Source of the DNA: Clostridia bacterium | Lineage (GTDB): Bacteria > Bacillota > Clostridia > Oscillospirales > Acutalibacteraceae | Direction: 5' to 3' | Assembly: GCA_017396895.1 (NCBI GenBank) | Contig: JAFQKN010000102.1 | Coordinates: forward strand, 3,472-67,471 | Length of the DNA stretch: 64,000 bases | In this document: positions 35,396 through 44,089 of the stretch, piece after piece | How positions within the stretch are numbered: the first letter of the stretch is position 1 | Layout: each line of letters starts with the position of its first letter | Position numbers and translations under genes: made by a program | Notes under the pieces: model-generated | Seen by the model: only the letters and a program-made list of their open reading frames with translations | What the model was told of the DNA's origin: nothing | Database searches by the model: none

Positions 35396-36925
35396 ATGTT
35401 CTTAAAAAGAATAACGGCAATGTGTATTGTTTGTGTTATTTTTATCGGATTCGGCAGCAATAATGCTTTTGGTCTTGCGAAAACGTCCGCAGTGCCGTCG
35501 GCAGACGGTTTGCCTGTTTCCTATGACAGCCGCTTGTGCGGTGTGCAGACAAGTGTTCGATCACAAGGGATCACATCCGCTTGTTGGGCAATTGCCGCAT
35601 TGGATTGTTTACAGCAGAATATGCAAAAACAACACTTGCAGAACACGGATTTTGCACCTGCGCATCTGACTTGGTTTGCCCACCGCAGTCTGACGTTTAC
35701 GGCAGGCAGGGATACAGGCGACGGTACAAATATACCGAATCCGTATCTGCACGGCGGCAACTGGATCGATGCCGCCGCCGCACTTTCACGCGGGAACGGT
35801 CCCGTTGCGGAACAGGAGTATCCTTTTTATCCGACTGCGATCTCCTCGATGGGAAACTACCCCGAAACAGACCGCAACCGGCGACTTGCCAATCTTACAA
35901 GCGCAGTTTGTTACTACTCAAAAGACAATCTGATGCCTGCGCAACTCGATGACGAAACAATGCGTGCCGTTAAACGTGCAATTGTCGAAAACGGTGCAGT
36001 GCAATTGTCATTTTATTCGGATGCACTGCGCTATATGACGACCGAACGCGGAACTGCGTATTATCAGAATTCGCATTACACGACCAATCATGCCGTCGTT
36101 GTAATCGGATGGGATGATTTGTTTCCGGCATCGGCTTTTTCCTCCGCCTGCCGACCGCAAAAAGACGGTGCGTGGCTTTGCAAAAACAGTTGGGGCGAAG
36201 ACTGGGGAGAGGATGGCTGTTTTTGGCTCTCTTATGATGACGTTTCACTGAATCAGATCGTCGGATATACTGCAACATCCGTTTACCGTTATGAAGATAT
36301 CTACCAGTATGACGGTTTCGGCTTTCACGGACGGGTGTATTCAAATGATTACATCCGTTTCGTCAACGTGTACACCGCCGATTCGGATTGTGAAATTACC
36401 GCTGTCGGAACATGGTTGTTGCAGGATAATTCGGATTATACGGTAGAGGTTTTCAGACTTGAAAGGGATCTTACGGCCTGTGATGATGCATTATCGTACG
36501 TGTCAACGGCGGCTACGGTGCCGTACTACGGTTATTATGTGACCGATCTCGATGAAACGCTTTGGCTCAAAAAAGGAGATATCTTTGCCGTTTGTGTGAC
36601 ACTCACTGCCGATGCAGATTGCCCGACGGTCAATGCACCTATCGAAAACGTAAGCGCGGATGATTATTCCTGTTACAGTGAACCCGGGCAGAGTTTTGTG
36701 CAGATCGCAAGAAACGGGACGTGGTACGACACAAGTGCACAGGGGTTGAACAATGTGTGTTTGAAAGCCTTGACTGCACATCGGCACAAACTGAATGATA
36801 CGGGAAACCTGTGTACACAGTGCGGTGCCGCTGTGGAATGGTCGGAAGATCTGTTTGTGAAGATGATCACCTGTTTGTTTGCTCATTTTATACGCATTTT
36901 TGATTCTTACATTATAAACAAATGA
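35396..36925 (+). CDS. secreted papain-like (C1-family) cysteine peptidase with the same C-terminal tail
   Basis: Signal or TM segment (AMCIVCVIFIGFGS), SQGITSACWAIAALD (catalytic Cys), NHAVVVIGWDD (catalytic His), KNSWGEDWGEDGCFWLSYDD. The C-terminus is HRHKLNDTGNLCTQCGAAVEWSEDLFVKMITCLFAHFIRIFDSYIINK. Confidence 0.85.
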   Translation: MFLKRITAMCIVCVIFIGFGSNNAFGLAKTSAVPSADGLPVSYDSRLCGVQTSVRSQGITSACWAIAALDCLQQNMQKQHLQNTDFAPAHLTWFAHRSLTFTAGRDTGDGTNIPNPYLHGGNWIDAAAALSRGNGPVAEQEYPFYPTAISSMGNYPETDRNRRLANLTSAVCYYSKDNLMPAQLDDETMRAVKRAIVENGAVQLSFYSDALRYMTTERGTAYYQNSHYTTNHAVVVIGWDDLFPASAFSSACRPQKDGAWLCKNSWGEDWGEDGCFWLSYDDVSLNQIVGYTATSVYRYEDIYQYDGFGFHGRVYSNDYIRFVNVYTADSDCEITAVGTWLLQDNSDYTVEVFRLERDLTACDDALSYVSTAATVPYYGYYVTDLDETLWLKKGDIFAVCVTLTADADCPTVNAPIENVSADDYSCYSEPGQSFVQIARNGTWYDTSAQGLNNVCLKALTAHRHKLNDTGNLCTQCGAAVEWSEDLFVKMITCLFAHFIRIFDSYIINK

Positions 36926-36954
36926 CCGTCCGTTACAAAACAGACGGTCATTTA

Positions 36955-37593
36955 TTATGCATCGAAAAATGTTGCCTCCAAAGCGGCGCAAAGAGCATGG
37001 TAAACGGGTAATGTCAACTCCTGCACTTCATAAGGAGTGTATGCGGGCAATTGAATGCATACGTCCGCAATGGCGGACAGTTTGCTGTTTTTACCGCCTG
37101 TGATGGCAAGTGTGCGTATTCCCACAGCCTTGGCGGTTTTTGCGGCATTGACTATGTTCAGGGAATTGCCCGAAGTACTCAGTGCGATCAACACATCGTG
37201 CGGTGCGTCCGCATAGCCCCACACCTGTTGCGCATACACAAGAGATGCATCCACATCGTTCGCAAAAGCGGAGATCAGTCCGCTGTGTGCAGTCAGTGCG
37301 ATGCTGCGCAATGGACTCTGCAGTTTGCTTGCAATTTCACTTCCGCTTTCAATCGAATTGAATTTCTGTTTCTGTTCGGCTGACAACGGTCGCAGCAGAT
37401 TAAAACCTTTCATCAGTTCGCCTACAATGTGTTCGCTGTCGGCGGCGGAACCACCGTTGCCGCAACAAAGGGTCTTTCCTTTGTTTTTGTAGCATTCGGT
37501 CAGCAATGCAAGTGCTGAAACGATCTGCTCACGGTTGTCTGCCAATGCGGGATAATCGCTGAATAATTTATTGAGAATGTCGTTTGCTGTCAT
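36955..37593 (-). CDS. SIS-domain sugar-phosphate isomerase (GmhA-like)
   Basis: CCGNGGSAADSEHIVGELM, VLIALSTSGNSLNIVNA. GAGAGG lies 7 nt upstream of ATG 37593. Confidence 0.85.
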   Translation of the reverse strand: MTANDILNKLFSDYPALADNREQIVSALALLTECYKNKGKTLCCGNGGSAADSEHIVGELMKGFNLLRPLSAEQKQKFNSIESGSEIASKLQSPLRSIALTAHSGLISAFANDVDASLVYAQQVWGYADAPHDVLIALSTSGNSLNIVNAAKTAKAVGIRTLAITGGKNSKLSAIADVCIQLPAYTPYEVQELTLPVYHALCAALEATFFDA

Positions 37594-37604
37594 AACTATA
37601 CCTC

Positions 37605-38582
37605 TCATTCGTTTGAAAATGCAAGTCCCAATGCGGCAAAATCACCGATTTCGTCTCCCAGATCAGCGGGCAGAATGGCGCAATTTGCGGCAGAAAGAGC
37701 CAGACTTTCACTTTTAATGACCTCATGTATGATCGGATCGAATAATTCCTGTGAGCGTTCATAGATACTGCCGATCACGATCGCCTGCGGATTGAGAATG
37801 TCAATAAGGATCGACAATCCGAGTCCCAGTTTTTCAGCACAGATGTGATAAACTTCCGAAGCAAATGCATCCCCGTTTTTAGCGGCAAGCGCTAAGGATT
37901 TTGCGGTCAGTGCTTCGCCGGAATCGATCAGTGGGGAAGTGTACAGCCCTGTTTTTGCCATTTGCGTGCCCAGACGTGCAATGCCACCGCCCGAACAAAA
38001 CCCTTCAAAAGAACCGTATTTTCCGTAGCCGACGGGGCCGTTCTCTGCAAGGCGGATATGTCCGACTTCTCCTGCCATATCATTGGTTCCGCTGTAGAGT
38101 TTGCCGTCCAAAATCAAGCCGGCACCCATGCCCGTGCCGAACGTCAGAAAAACGAGATTTTCATAACCTTTGCCTGCACCGAATCGCCATTCCGCGACCG
38201 CACAGGCATTGGCATCGTTCTGCAAATACGTTTTTACGCCGAAGTGATCTTCAAACACGGAAACGATGGGCACGTTGTCCCAGTCAGGAAGATTCGGAGG
38301 ACACTGAATCAATCCTTTTTTGCTGTCCAGGGGGCCGCCGCAACTGATTCCGACGCCGATGAGTTCATCGGACGCAACATTGTTTTTTTTCAGCAGAGCA
38401 TCGGCACTTTCGATCAACTGTGAAATGATTGCTTGCCAACCTCTTTGCACTTCTGTCGGAAACGAGATCTTGTCAATGATGAAATCTTTTGTCTCTTTAG
38501 GCAGTTCTCCTTTTCCCAAAACAGCGGCACATTTCGTTCCGCCAATATCAATTCCGAGAGAATACATGGCAAACCTCCTCAT
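37605..38582 (-). CDS. ROK-family sugar kinase
   Basis: LGIDIGGTKCAAVLG, YLQNDANACAVAEWRFGAGKG, LTFGTGMGAGLILDGKLYSG, GEVGH, CSGGGI. Confidence 0.9.
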   Translation of the reverse strand: MRRFAMYSLGIDIGGTKCAAVLGKGELPKETKDFIIDKISFPTEVQRGWQAIISQLIESADALLKKNNVASDELIGVGISCGGPLDSKKGLIQCPPNLPDWDNVPIVSVFEDHFGVKTYLQNDANACAVAEWRFGAGKGYENLVFLTFGTGMGAGLILDGKLYSGTNDMAGEVGHIRLAENGPVGYGKYGSFEGFCSGGGIARLGTQMAKTGLYTSPLIDSGEALTAKSLALAAKNGDAFASEVYHICAEKLGLGLSILIDILNPQAIVIGSIYERSQELFDPIIHEVIKSESLALSAANCAILPADLGDEIGDFAALGLAFSNE

Positions 38583-38631
38583 TTTTTCTTAAATATTAAC
38601 ATAGGGATCAAAAAAAAGCAATCCTCAACTA

Positions 38632-38660
38632 TTGAAAAATCCGACATGATGCGTTATAAT
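38632..38660 (+). promoter_or_regulatory. sigma-A-type promoter of metQ
   Basis: TTGAAA (38632-38637), a 17-nt spacer, then TATAAT (38655-38660). This leaves a leader of only about 45 nt. Confidence 0.65.
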
Positions 38661-38710
38661 GTTACAGATTCCATTATAATTGGAACATTTCAGAAAAAGG
38701 AGAAATACAC

Positions 38711-39568
38711 ATGAAAAAGATTTTTGCACTCGTTCTCGCTCTTTGCATGCTGCTTTGCTGTTTTGCAGGCTGCACCAAAGAAGAAGCCAAAGACAGCTTC
38801 ATCGTTGCCGTTCCCAACGACACCACCAATGAAGCCCGCGCTTTGATGTTGCTTGAGGATCTCGGCCTCATCACTCTCAAGGAAGGTGCCGGCATTGCCG
38901 CTACCATTCTTGACATTGAATCCAATCCTTACAACATTGAATTCCGTGAAGTCGAAGCCGCACAGATTCCCAATGTTCTGCAGGATGTTGATTATGCAGT
39001 CATCAACTCCAACTATGCCATTTCCGCAGGTATGAATCCGGTTGAGCAGGCTCTTGCACAGGAAGGCGCCGCATCTGCTTATGCAAACATTGTTGCCGTT
39101 AAGTCCGGCAATGAAACAAGCGACAAGACAAAGGCTCTCGTTGCTGCACTCGAAAGCAAAGATGTTGCCGACTACATTGCAAACACTTACGGAGGCTCTG
39201 TTGTAAGCGTTGTCGAAGAACCCGGCGACGGTTTTGCTGCTGATGTTGATTATGCCGCCCTTGCCGGTCAGACCATCACGGTTGCCGCATCTCCCGCTCC
39301 CCACAGCGAAATTCTTGAAATTGCAAAGACCATCCTTGCAACCAAGGAAATCACGCTTGATATCCGTGAATTCACCGATTATGTTCAGCCCAATACGGTC
39401 GTTGACAACGGTGAAATTGATGCAAACTACTTCCAGCATCTTCCTTATCTTGAGGACTTCAATGCCGAAAACGGAACCGCAATCGTTTCCGCAGCCGCTA
39501 TCCACGTAGAACCCATGGGCATCTACGGCGGCAAACAGGCTTCTCTTGATACCATCAAGGGTGAATAA
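38711..39568 (+). CDS. metQ: methionine ABC transporter substrate-binding lipoprotein (NlpA/MetQ family)
   Basis: Lipobox LLCCFAGC, NEARALMLLEDLGLITLK, VDYAVINSNYA, PHSEILE, DANYFQHLPYL. Confidence 0.9.
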   Translation: MKKIFALVLALCMLLCCFAGCTKEEAKDSFIVAVPNDTTNEARALMLLEDLGLITLKEGAGIAATILDIESNPYNIEFREVEAAQIPNVLQDVDYAVINSNYAISAGMNPVEQALAQEGAASAYANIVAVKSGNETSDKTKALVAALESKDVADYIANTYGGSVVSVVEEPGDGFAADVDYAALAGQTITVAASPAPHSEILEIAKTILATKEITLDIREFTDYVQPNTVVDNGEIDANYFQHLPYLEDFNAENGTAIVSAAAIHVEPMGIYGGKQASLDTIKGE

Positions 39569-39578
39569 TTAAAACGGG

Positions 39579-39610
39579 AAGCCCGGTGCTTCGGTGCCGG
39601 GCTTTTTTTT
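39579..39610 (+). terminator. strong rho-independent terminator between metQ and metN
   Basis: GCCCGGTGC (39581-39589), a TTCG loop, then GGTGCCGGGC (39594-39602): a 9-bp stem with two G-U pairs and a C(UUCG)G tetraloop, followed by 8 T. Confidence 0.8.
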
Positions 39611-39621
39611 GAGTGATAACC

Positions 39622-39658
39622 GATAAGATACGGTATAAAAACTGTACCGTATCTTATC
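39622..39658. repeat. perfect 14-bp inverted repeat upstream of metN
   Basis: GATAAGATACGGTA (39622-39635) and TACCGTATCTTATC (39645-39658) are separated by 9 nt with no following T-run. This could be an operator or a 5' stabilising hairpin. Confidence 0.6.
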
Positions 39659-39686
39659 TGCTATCGCAGACTGGAGCGTGAACACA

Positions 39687-40694
39687 ATGATTGAAATTAA
39701 AAATTTATCCAAAACCTTTCAGACCTCTGACGGCAATGTGGAAGCACTGAAAAATGTGACACTGACCGTTGCCGACGGTGATATTTACGGCATCATCGGT
39801 ATGTCGGGTGCCGGTAAGAGCACTTTGGTGCGCTGTATCAATATGCTTGAACGTCCCACCGAAGGACAGGTGCTGATCGACGGCGTGGATATGGGGGCAC
39901 TTTCACAGAAACAACTGCGCGAAATGCGCCGTAACATCACTATGATTTTCCAAGGGTTTAATCTTTTGATGCAAAGAACATGTCTGAAAAACATCTGCTT
40001 CCCGTTGGAACTGGCAGGCATGAAAAAAGCGGATGCCAAAAAGAGAGCCATGGAATTGTTGGAAATCGTAGGTCTTCCCGATAAGGCGAATGCCTATCCC
40101 GCACAACTTTCGGGCGGTCAGCAACAGCGCATCGCCATTGCCCGTGCATTGGCAACCGAACCCAAGGTTTTGCTGTGTGATGAAGCCACAAGTGCACTGG
40201 ATCCGAAAACCACGCATTCCATTCTTGAACTGATCAAAGATATCAATCGCAAACTCGGTATTACCGTTATTGTCATTACGCATCAGATGAGCGTAGTGGA
40301 AGAGATCTGCAGTCACGTTGCTATTTTAGACGGCGGTGCCGTTGTGGAAGAAGGGGCTGTTTCGTCCGTGTTTTCCGCACCGCAGTCGGATGCCGCGAAG
40401 AAACTGGTGTTCCCCGAAGGCTTCGATGCACCTGTTGTGGAGCGTTTTGCGGATGAATACCGTGTCCGTGTCGTGTTCAACGGTGCCGATGCGGCCGGCA
40501 CACCGCTGATTGCCCGCATGGCACTTGAAAAAGGCATTTGTGCCAATATTATGGCGGCATCCACCAAAACCATCAGCGGCAAGGCCTACGGCAATATGCT
40601 TTTGGGTATTGCGGGCGACCGCAATGATCTCGAAGCGGCTATGGCATATCTGACGGCAGTGGAAGATGTTGTTGCAGAGGAGGTCGATGACTGA
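39687..40694 (+). CDS. metN: methionine ABC transporter ATP-binding protein
   Basis: GIIGMSGAGKSTLVRC (Walker A), LSGGQQQRIAIARAL, LLCDEATSALD, and a C-terminal NIL-type domain. GGAG lies 10 nt before ATG 39687. Confidence 0.95.
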   Translation: MIEIKNLSKTFQTSDGNVEALKNVTLTVADGDIYGIIGMSGAGKSTLVRCINMLERPTEGQVLIDGVDMGALSQKQLREMRRNITMIFQGFNLLMQRTCLKNICFPLELAGMKKADAKKRAMELLEIVGLPDKANAYPAQLSGGQQQRIAIARALATEPKVLLCDEATSALDPKTTHSILELIKDINRKLGITVIVITHQMSVVEEICSHVAILDGGAVVEEGAVSSVFSAPQSDAAKKLVFPEGFDAPVVERFADEYRVRVVFNGADAAGTPLIARMALEKGICANIMAASTKTISGKAYGNMLLGIAGDRNDLEAAMAYLTAVEDVVAEEVDD

Positions 40695-41401
40695 TGTATG
40701 AAAAGATCTTTACACCCGAAGCATGGCAACAGGCTTGGGAGGTCGTGCAATCCGAGTTTTTAATGGGATTGTGGGAAACTTTTTACGTAACGGTTGTTGC
40801 TACCTTTTTTGCGGTGCTGTTGGGACTTCCCTTGGGCATTCTTTTGGTCGTCGGTGAAAAAGGCGGTGTTCTGCCCTTACCAAAAGCAGTATTGAGCACT
40901 TTGAATATTGTTATCAATCTGTTGCGATCCGTGCCGTTTCTGATTTTGATGATTATGGCATTCCCCTTGGCAAGATTGATCGTCGGAACAACGATCGGTA
41001 CGGTGGCATCCATTGTACCGTTGGTCATTGCGGCATTTCCGTTTGTTGCACGTCTGGTTGAAAGCAGTCTTCGTGAAGTCAACCCCAATATCATTGAGGC
41101 CGCACAGAGCATGGGTGCAAGTCCCATGCAGATCATCACAAAAGTGATGTTGCCTGAAAGCGTCCCGTCCCTTATTTCCAATGTCACCATTGCCATTACC
41201 ACCGTGCTCAGTTATTCTGCAATGAGTGGTATCATCGGCGGCGGCGGATTGGGTAAAATTGCCATCAACTACGGTTATTATCGCTATAAATATCTCATCA
41301 TGCTTTTGGCTGTGGTACTTTTGGTTGTGCTGGTGCAGATTTTCCAAAGCATCGGTACGCATCTCGCAACAAAACTGGATAAACGCCTGAAAAACAGATG
41401 A
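40694..41401 (+). CDS. metI: methionine ABC transporter permease
   Basis: Five or so TM helices with the EAA-type loop EVNPNIIEAAQSMGASPMQII. ATGA overlap with metN. Confidence 0.92.
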   Translation: MYEKIFTPEAWQQAWEVVQSEFLMGLWETFYVTVVATFFAVLLGLPLGILLVVGEKGGVLPLPKAVLSTLNIVINLLRSVPFLILMIMAFPLARLIVGTTIGTVASIVPLVIAAFPFVARLVESSLREVNPNIIEAAQSMGASPMQIITKVMLPESVPSLISNVTIAITTVLSYSAMSGIIGGGGLGKIAINYGYYRYKYLIMLLAVVLLVVLVQIFQSIGTHLATKLDKRLKNR

Positions 41402-41408
41402 ATTAAGA

Positions 41409-41444
41409 GGGATTGCTGCAAAGGAATGCAACAGTCCCTTTTTT
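41409..41444 (+). terminator. terminator-like hairpin immediately before the RBS of the next gene
   Basis: GGGATTG (41409-41415) pairs with CAGTCCC (41432-41438), then TTTTTT, running directly into GGAGGT and ATG 41455. Confidence 0.55.
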
Positions 41445-41454
41445 GGAGGTAACG

Positions 41455-44031
41455 ATGAAAAAATTATTGATTTCAATTGTATGTGTGATCGCTGTTGTCG
41501 GGATTGCGGTCGGATTGTTCTTTTTGTCATACACACCTACGCTGACCTTTGATTTCGCATCTCCCACAGGGGCGGTCACATCCGGTGCATCGGGATATTT
41601 GTACGGTTTGGCCGAAAACGGAGTTCCGAGTGAAGCCATGTGCGAAAGTGTGGATATTTCTTCCGTTTCGCAAAAGGTGATAGATGGTTTACAGCATCCG
41701 ATCGGTGATGTCGATCATGTTTCGCCCATGCTCGACAGTACGGATTATATTGTTGTGTATCTGCAGGATGCGTATGACACATGGTATTATGACCATGATA
41801 ATATCATGCAGATGCGTGCGGACGGTACGTACGATTGGAAATCGTATCTCAATGATGATTTCTTGCCGAAGGTGCGTTCTTCCGTGGAAAAACTGACGGC
41901 TGCCGATTATTCGGATAAATTGGTTTACTGCCTTTATAACGAGTGTGACAACGGTGTATGGTTCGGAGAAACACGCACGACGGACGATCCCAATAACCGT
42001 TTTGGTGTGTGGGCGGAATACAACACCGTCGGTAGGGATGCTTTCAACGAGGCGTGGAAACAGACCTTTGAGGAAGTCAGAAGCATCAATCCCGACGCAT
42101 TGATCGGCGGTCCCGGATTTTGTGATTACGATCATGACGAAATTGAATATTTCCTTGCGTTTTGCGTTGAAAATGATTGTGTACCCGATGTTATGATCTA
42201 TCATGAATTGCACGATGATTCCGTTTATTACTGGCAACGCCACGTGGATGATTACCGCGCGATCGAACAGGAACTCGGTATTCCGGAAGTGCCCATTATC
42301 ATCACCGAATACGGAAGAATGCAGGATAACGGATATCCCGGCAAAATGGTACAGTATATTACCCGCATTGAGGACAGTAAAGTGTATGCAAACAACGCCT
42401 ATTGGCGGCTGTCAAACAACCTTAACGATGTGTGCGCCGATGATAACAGCCCGAATGCGAACTGGTGGCTGATGCGCTGGTATGCGGATATGGAAGGGCA
42501 GACGCTTGCATCCGAGAGTCACGATCTTTTTAAGTCCGATTTTGAGCGTTCGGTCAAAAATAAAAAACCGCTCGATCATCAGGGCTTTATGGGTGTTGCG
42601 GCTTTCGATGAACAGAAAGAACAAATTACGGTTGTCTGCGGTGGAAGAAGCGGCAAAGCAAAAATTATATTTGATAATCTGAAGGACTCCGTTTTTGACG
42701 GGAAAACTTTGAGGATCACCGTCGAGGAAACTGTTTATAAAGGTTTATACGGTGTTGTCAGCAGCCCTGTTTTATTACGTGATTACACGGTAAGGCAGAG
42801 AGGCGATCAACTGAAAATTGATTTTTCCGATCTTTGCGAAGAAAATGCATATCATGTCACGATCACGATCGAAGACGCAGATGCAAAGATTGATTTTACG
42901 AACCAAGCCGGACCTGCCCGCTTTGAATTTGAACACGGCACCTTGCTCGGCAATGCGTATTTGTATGACAGTTATTGTCCCACAAGCGGTGACACATTGG
43001 GAATGGTCGGCGGTATGGAAAACATCGGTGACGGTGTTGAACTTACATTTTCCGTTCCTGAGCACGGTATGTATACGCTTGATTTTATCTACGGCAATTC
43101 GAATGACGGTGCGTATGATGAAAACGGCAAGATCGATCCGAACGGACGTGTTTACACGCTTGCCGATCTTTCTGTTGACAACGTACAGGATACAATTGAA
43201 CTTGCCAATACCATAAAAAGTGAATACACCTCCTGCTTTACCATGAGGACCGAATTGTCTGCAGGTGAACACACGGTGCGTGTGATGCACAACACAGGGA
43301 CTTATGTGCTGGATTCACTGGTGGTTACCAATACGGTCGGGCAATCTGAACTCGCCGTTTTACCCGATGCCGACAGAACGACAGAATCTCTGCAATCGTA
43401 TCTTGCTGTTGCGCCCAAAGACGGTTATTACAGAATGTACACATTTGCTTATGATGCTGACTTTTTCGTTGACGGAGCCAAAGGAACGACGGATGAAAAC
43501 GGAATGTGCAGTGTGTATTTGCGTCGAGGATTGAATTATCTTGATTTTATTGCTGAAACTGCGGCGATGCCCGTTATTGCTGCGGAAAATGATACATCGG
43601 AACATATTGTTTTTCAAGCACAGGCGGCAGTTCTTGACGGGGCAATCCTTTGTGAGAATGAAAACGGCCGATCCTATATTGACGGCATTTCCTGCAACGG
43701 CGGCACTGCAACTTACACCGTTGATGCCGAAAAAGCAGGGGATTACCGCGTGACACTGTTGTATGCCAACAATGATGAAGGCGGTGTGCATGATTACAAT
43801 GTCGATCTCATTGAACGCTATGTCACAGTCACGGTCAACGGCGAATCGCAGAATGTATTCTGTCGCAATACCTATTCATGGGAAACTTTCAAAACCGTTA
43901 CGTTCAATGTTACGCTCGTTGAAGGTGCAAACGAAATGATCCTTTCCAACGACGGCAGTATCCGTTTCAACGGCAATGATACCTTTGCTCCTCACATTGC
44001 AACCATTACAGTTAACCCCGTAACCGAATAA
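41455..44031 (+). CDS. secreted clan GH-A-like glycoside hydrolase (family not assigned) with two CBM6/CBM35-like modules
   Basis: TM or signal segment (LLISIVCVIAVVGIAVGLFF). The catalytic-like region has YNECDNGVWF (candidate acid/base NE) and IIITEYG (candidate nucleophile). There are two beta-sandwich-like modules: FEFEHGTLLGNAY...YTLDFIYGNSNDG and IVFQAQAAVLDGA...YRVTLLYANNDEGG...FNVTLVEGANE. Confidence 0.6.
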   Translation: MKKLLISIVCVIAVVGIAVGLFFLSYTPTLTFDFASPTGAVTSGASGYLYGLAENGVPSEAMCESVDISSVSQKVIDGLQHPIGDVDHVSPMLDSTDYIVVYLQDAYDTWYYDHDNIMQMRADGTYDWKSYLNDDFLPKVRSSVEKLTAADYSDKLVYCLYNECDNGVWFGETRTTDDPNNRFGVWAEYNTVGRDAFNEAWKQTFEEVRSINPDALIGGPGFCDYDHDEIEYFLAFCVENDCVPDVMIYHELHDDSVYYWQRHVDDYRAIEQELGIPEVPIIITEYGRMQDNGYPGKMVQYITRIEDSKVYANNAYWRLSNNLNDVCADDNSPNANWWLMRWYADMEGQTLASESHDLFKSDFERSVKNKKPLDHQGFMGVAAFDEQKEQITVVCGGRSGKAKIIFDNLKDSVFDGKTLRITVEETVYKGLYGVVSSPVLLRDYTVRQRGDQLKIDFSDLCEENAYHVTITIEDADAKIDFTNQAGPARFEFEHGTLLGNAYLYDSYCPTSGDTLGMVGGMENIGDGVELTFSVPEHGMYTLDFIYGNSNDGAYDENGKIDPNGRVYTLADLSVDNVQDTIELANTIKSEYTSCFTMRTELSAGEHTVRVMHNTGTYVLDSLVVTNTVGQSELAVLPDADRTTESLQSYLAVAPKDGYYRMYTFAYDADFFVDGAKGTTDENGMCSVYLRRGLNYLDFIAETAAMPVIAAENDTSEHIVFQAQAAVLDGAILCENENGRSYIDGISCNGGTATYTVDAEKAGDYRVTLLYANNDEGGVHDYNVDLIERYVTVTVNGESQNVFCRNTYSWETFKTVTFNVTLVEGANEMILSNDGSIRFNGNDTFAPHIATITVNPVTE

Positions 44032-44032
44032 C

Positions 44033-44076
44033 AAAAAAAGGACCGTTGCAGGTAATGACACTTGCAACGGTCTTTA
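44033..44076. terminator. bidirectional terminator between convergent genes
   Basis: GACCGTTGCAGG (44041-44052) pairs with CTTGCAACGGTC (44061-44072), with an A-run upstream and T-rich sequence downstream. Confidence 0.7.
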
Positions 44077-44089
44077 TCAGGTGTTGAGT

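Noticed and set aside
38583-38710. I looked for an S-box (SAM) riboswitch or T-box leader upstream of metQ.
   Set aside because: A near-consensus promoter at 38632-38660 leaves only about 45 nt of leader. That is too short for either RNA, and no S-box or T-box conserved boxes are visible.
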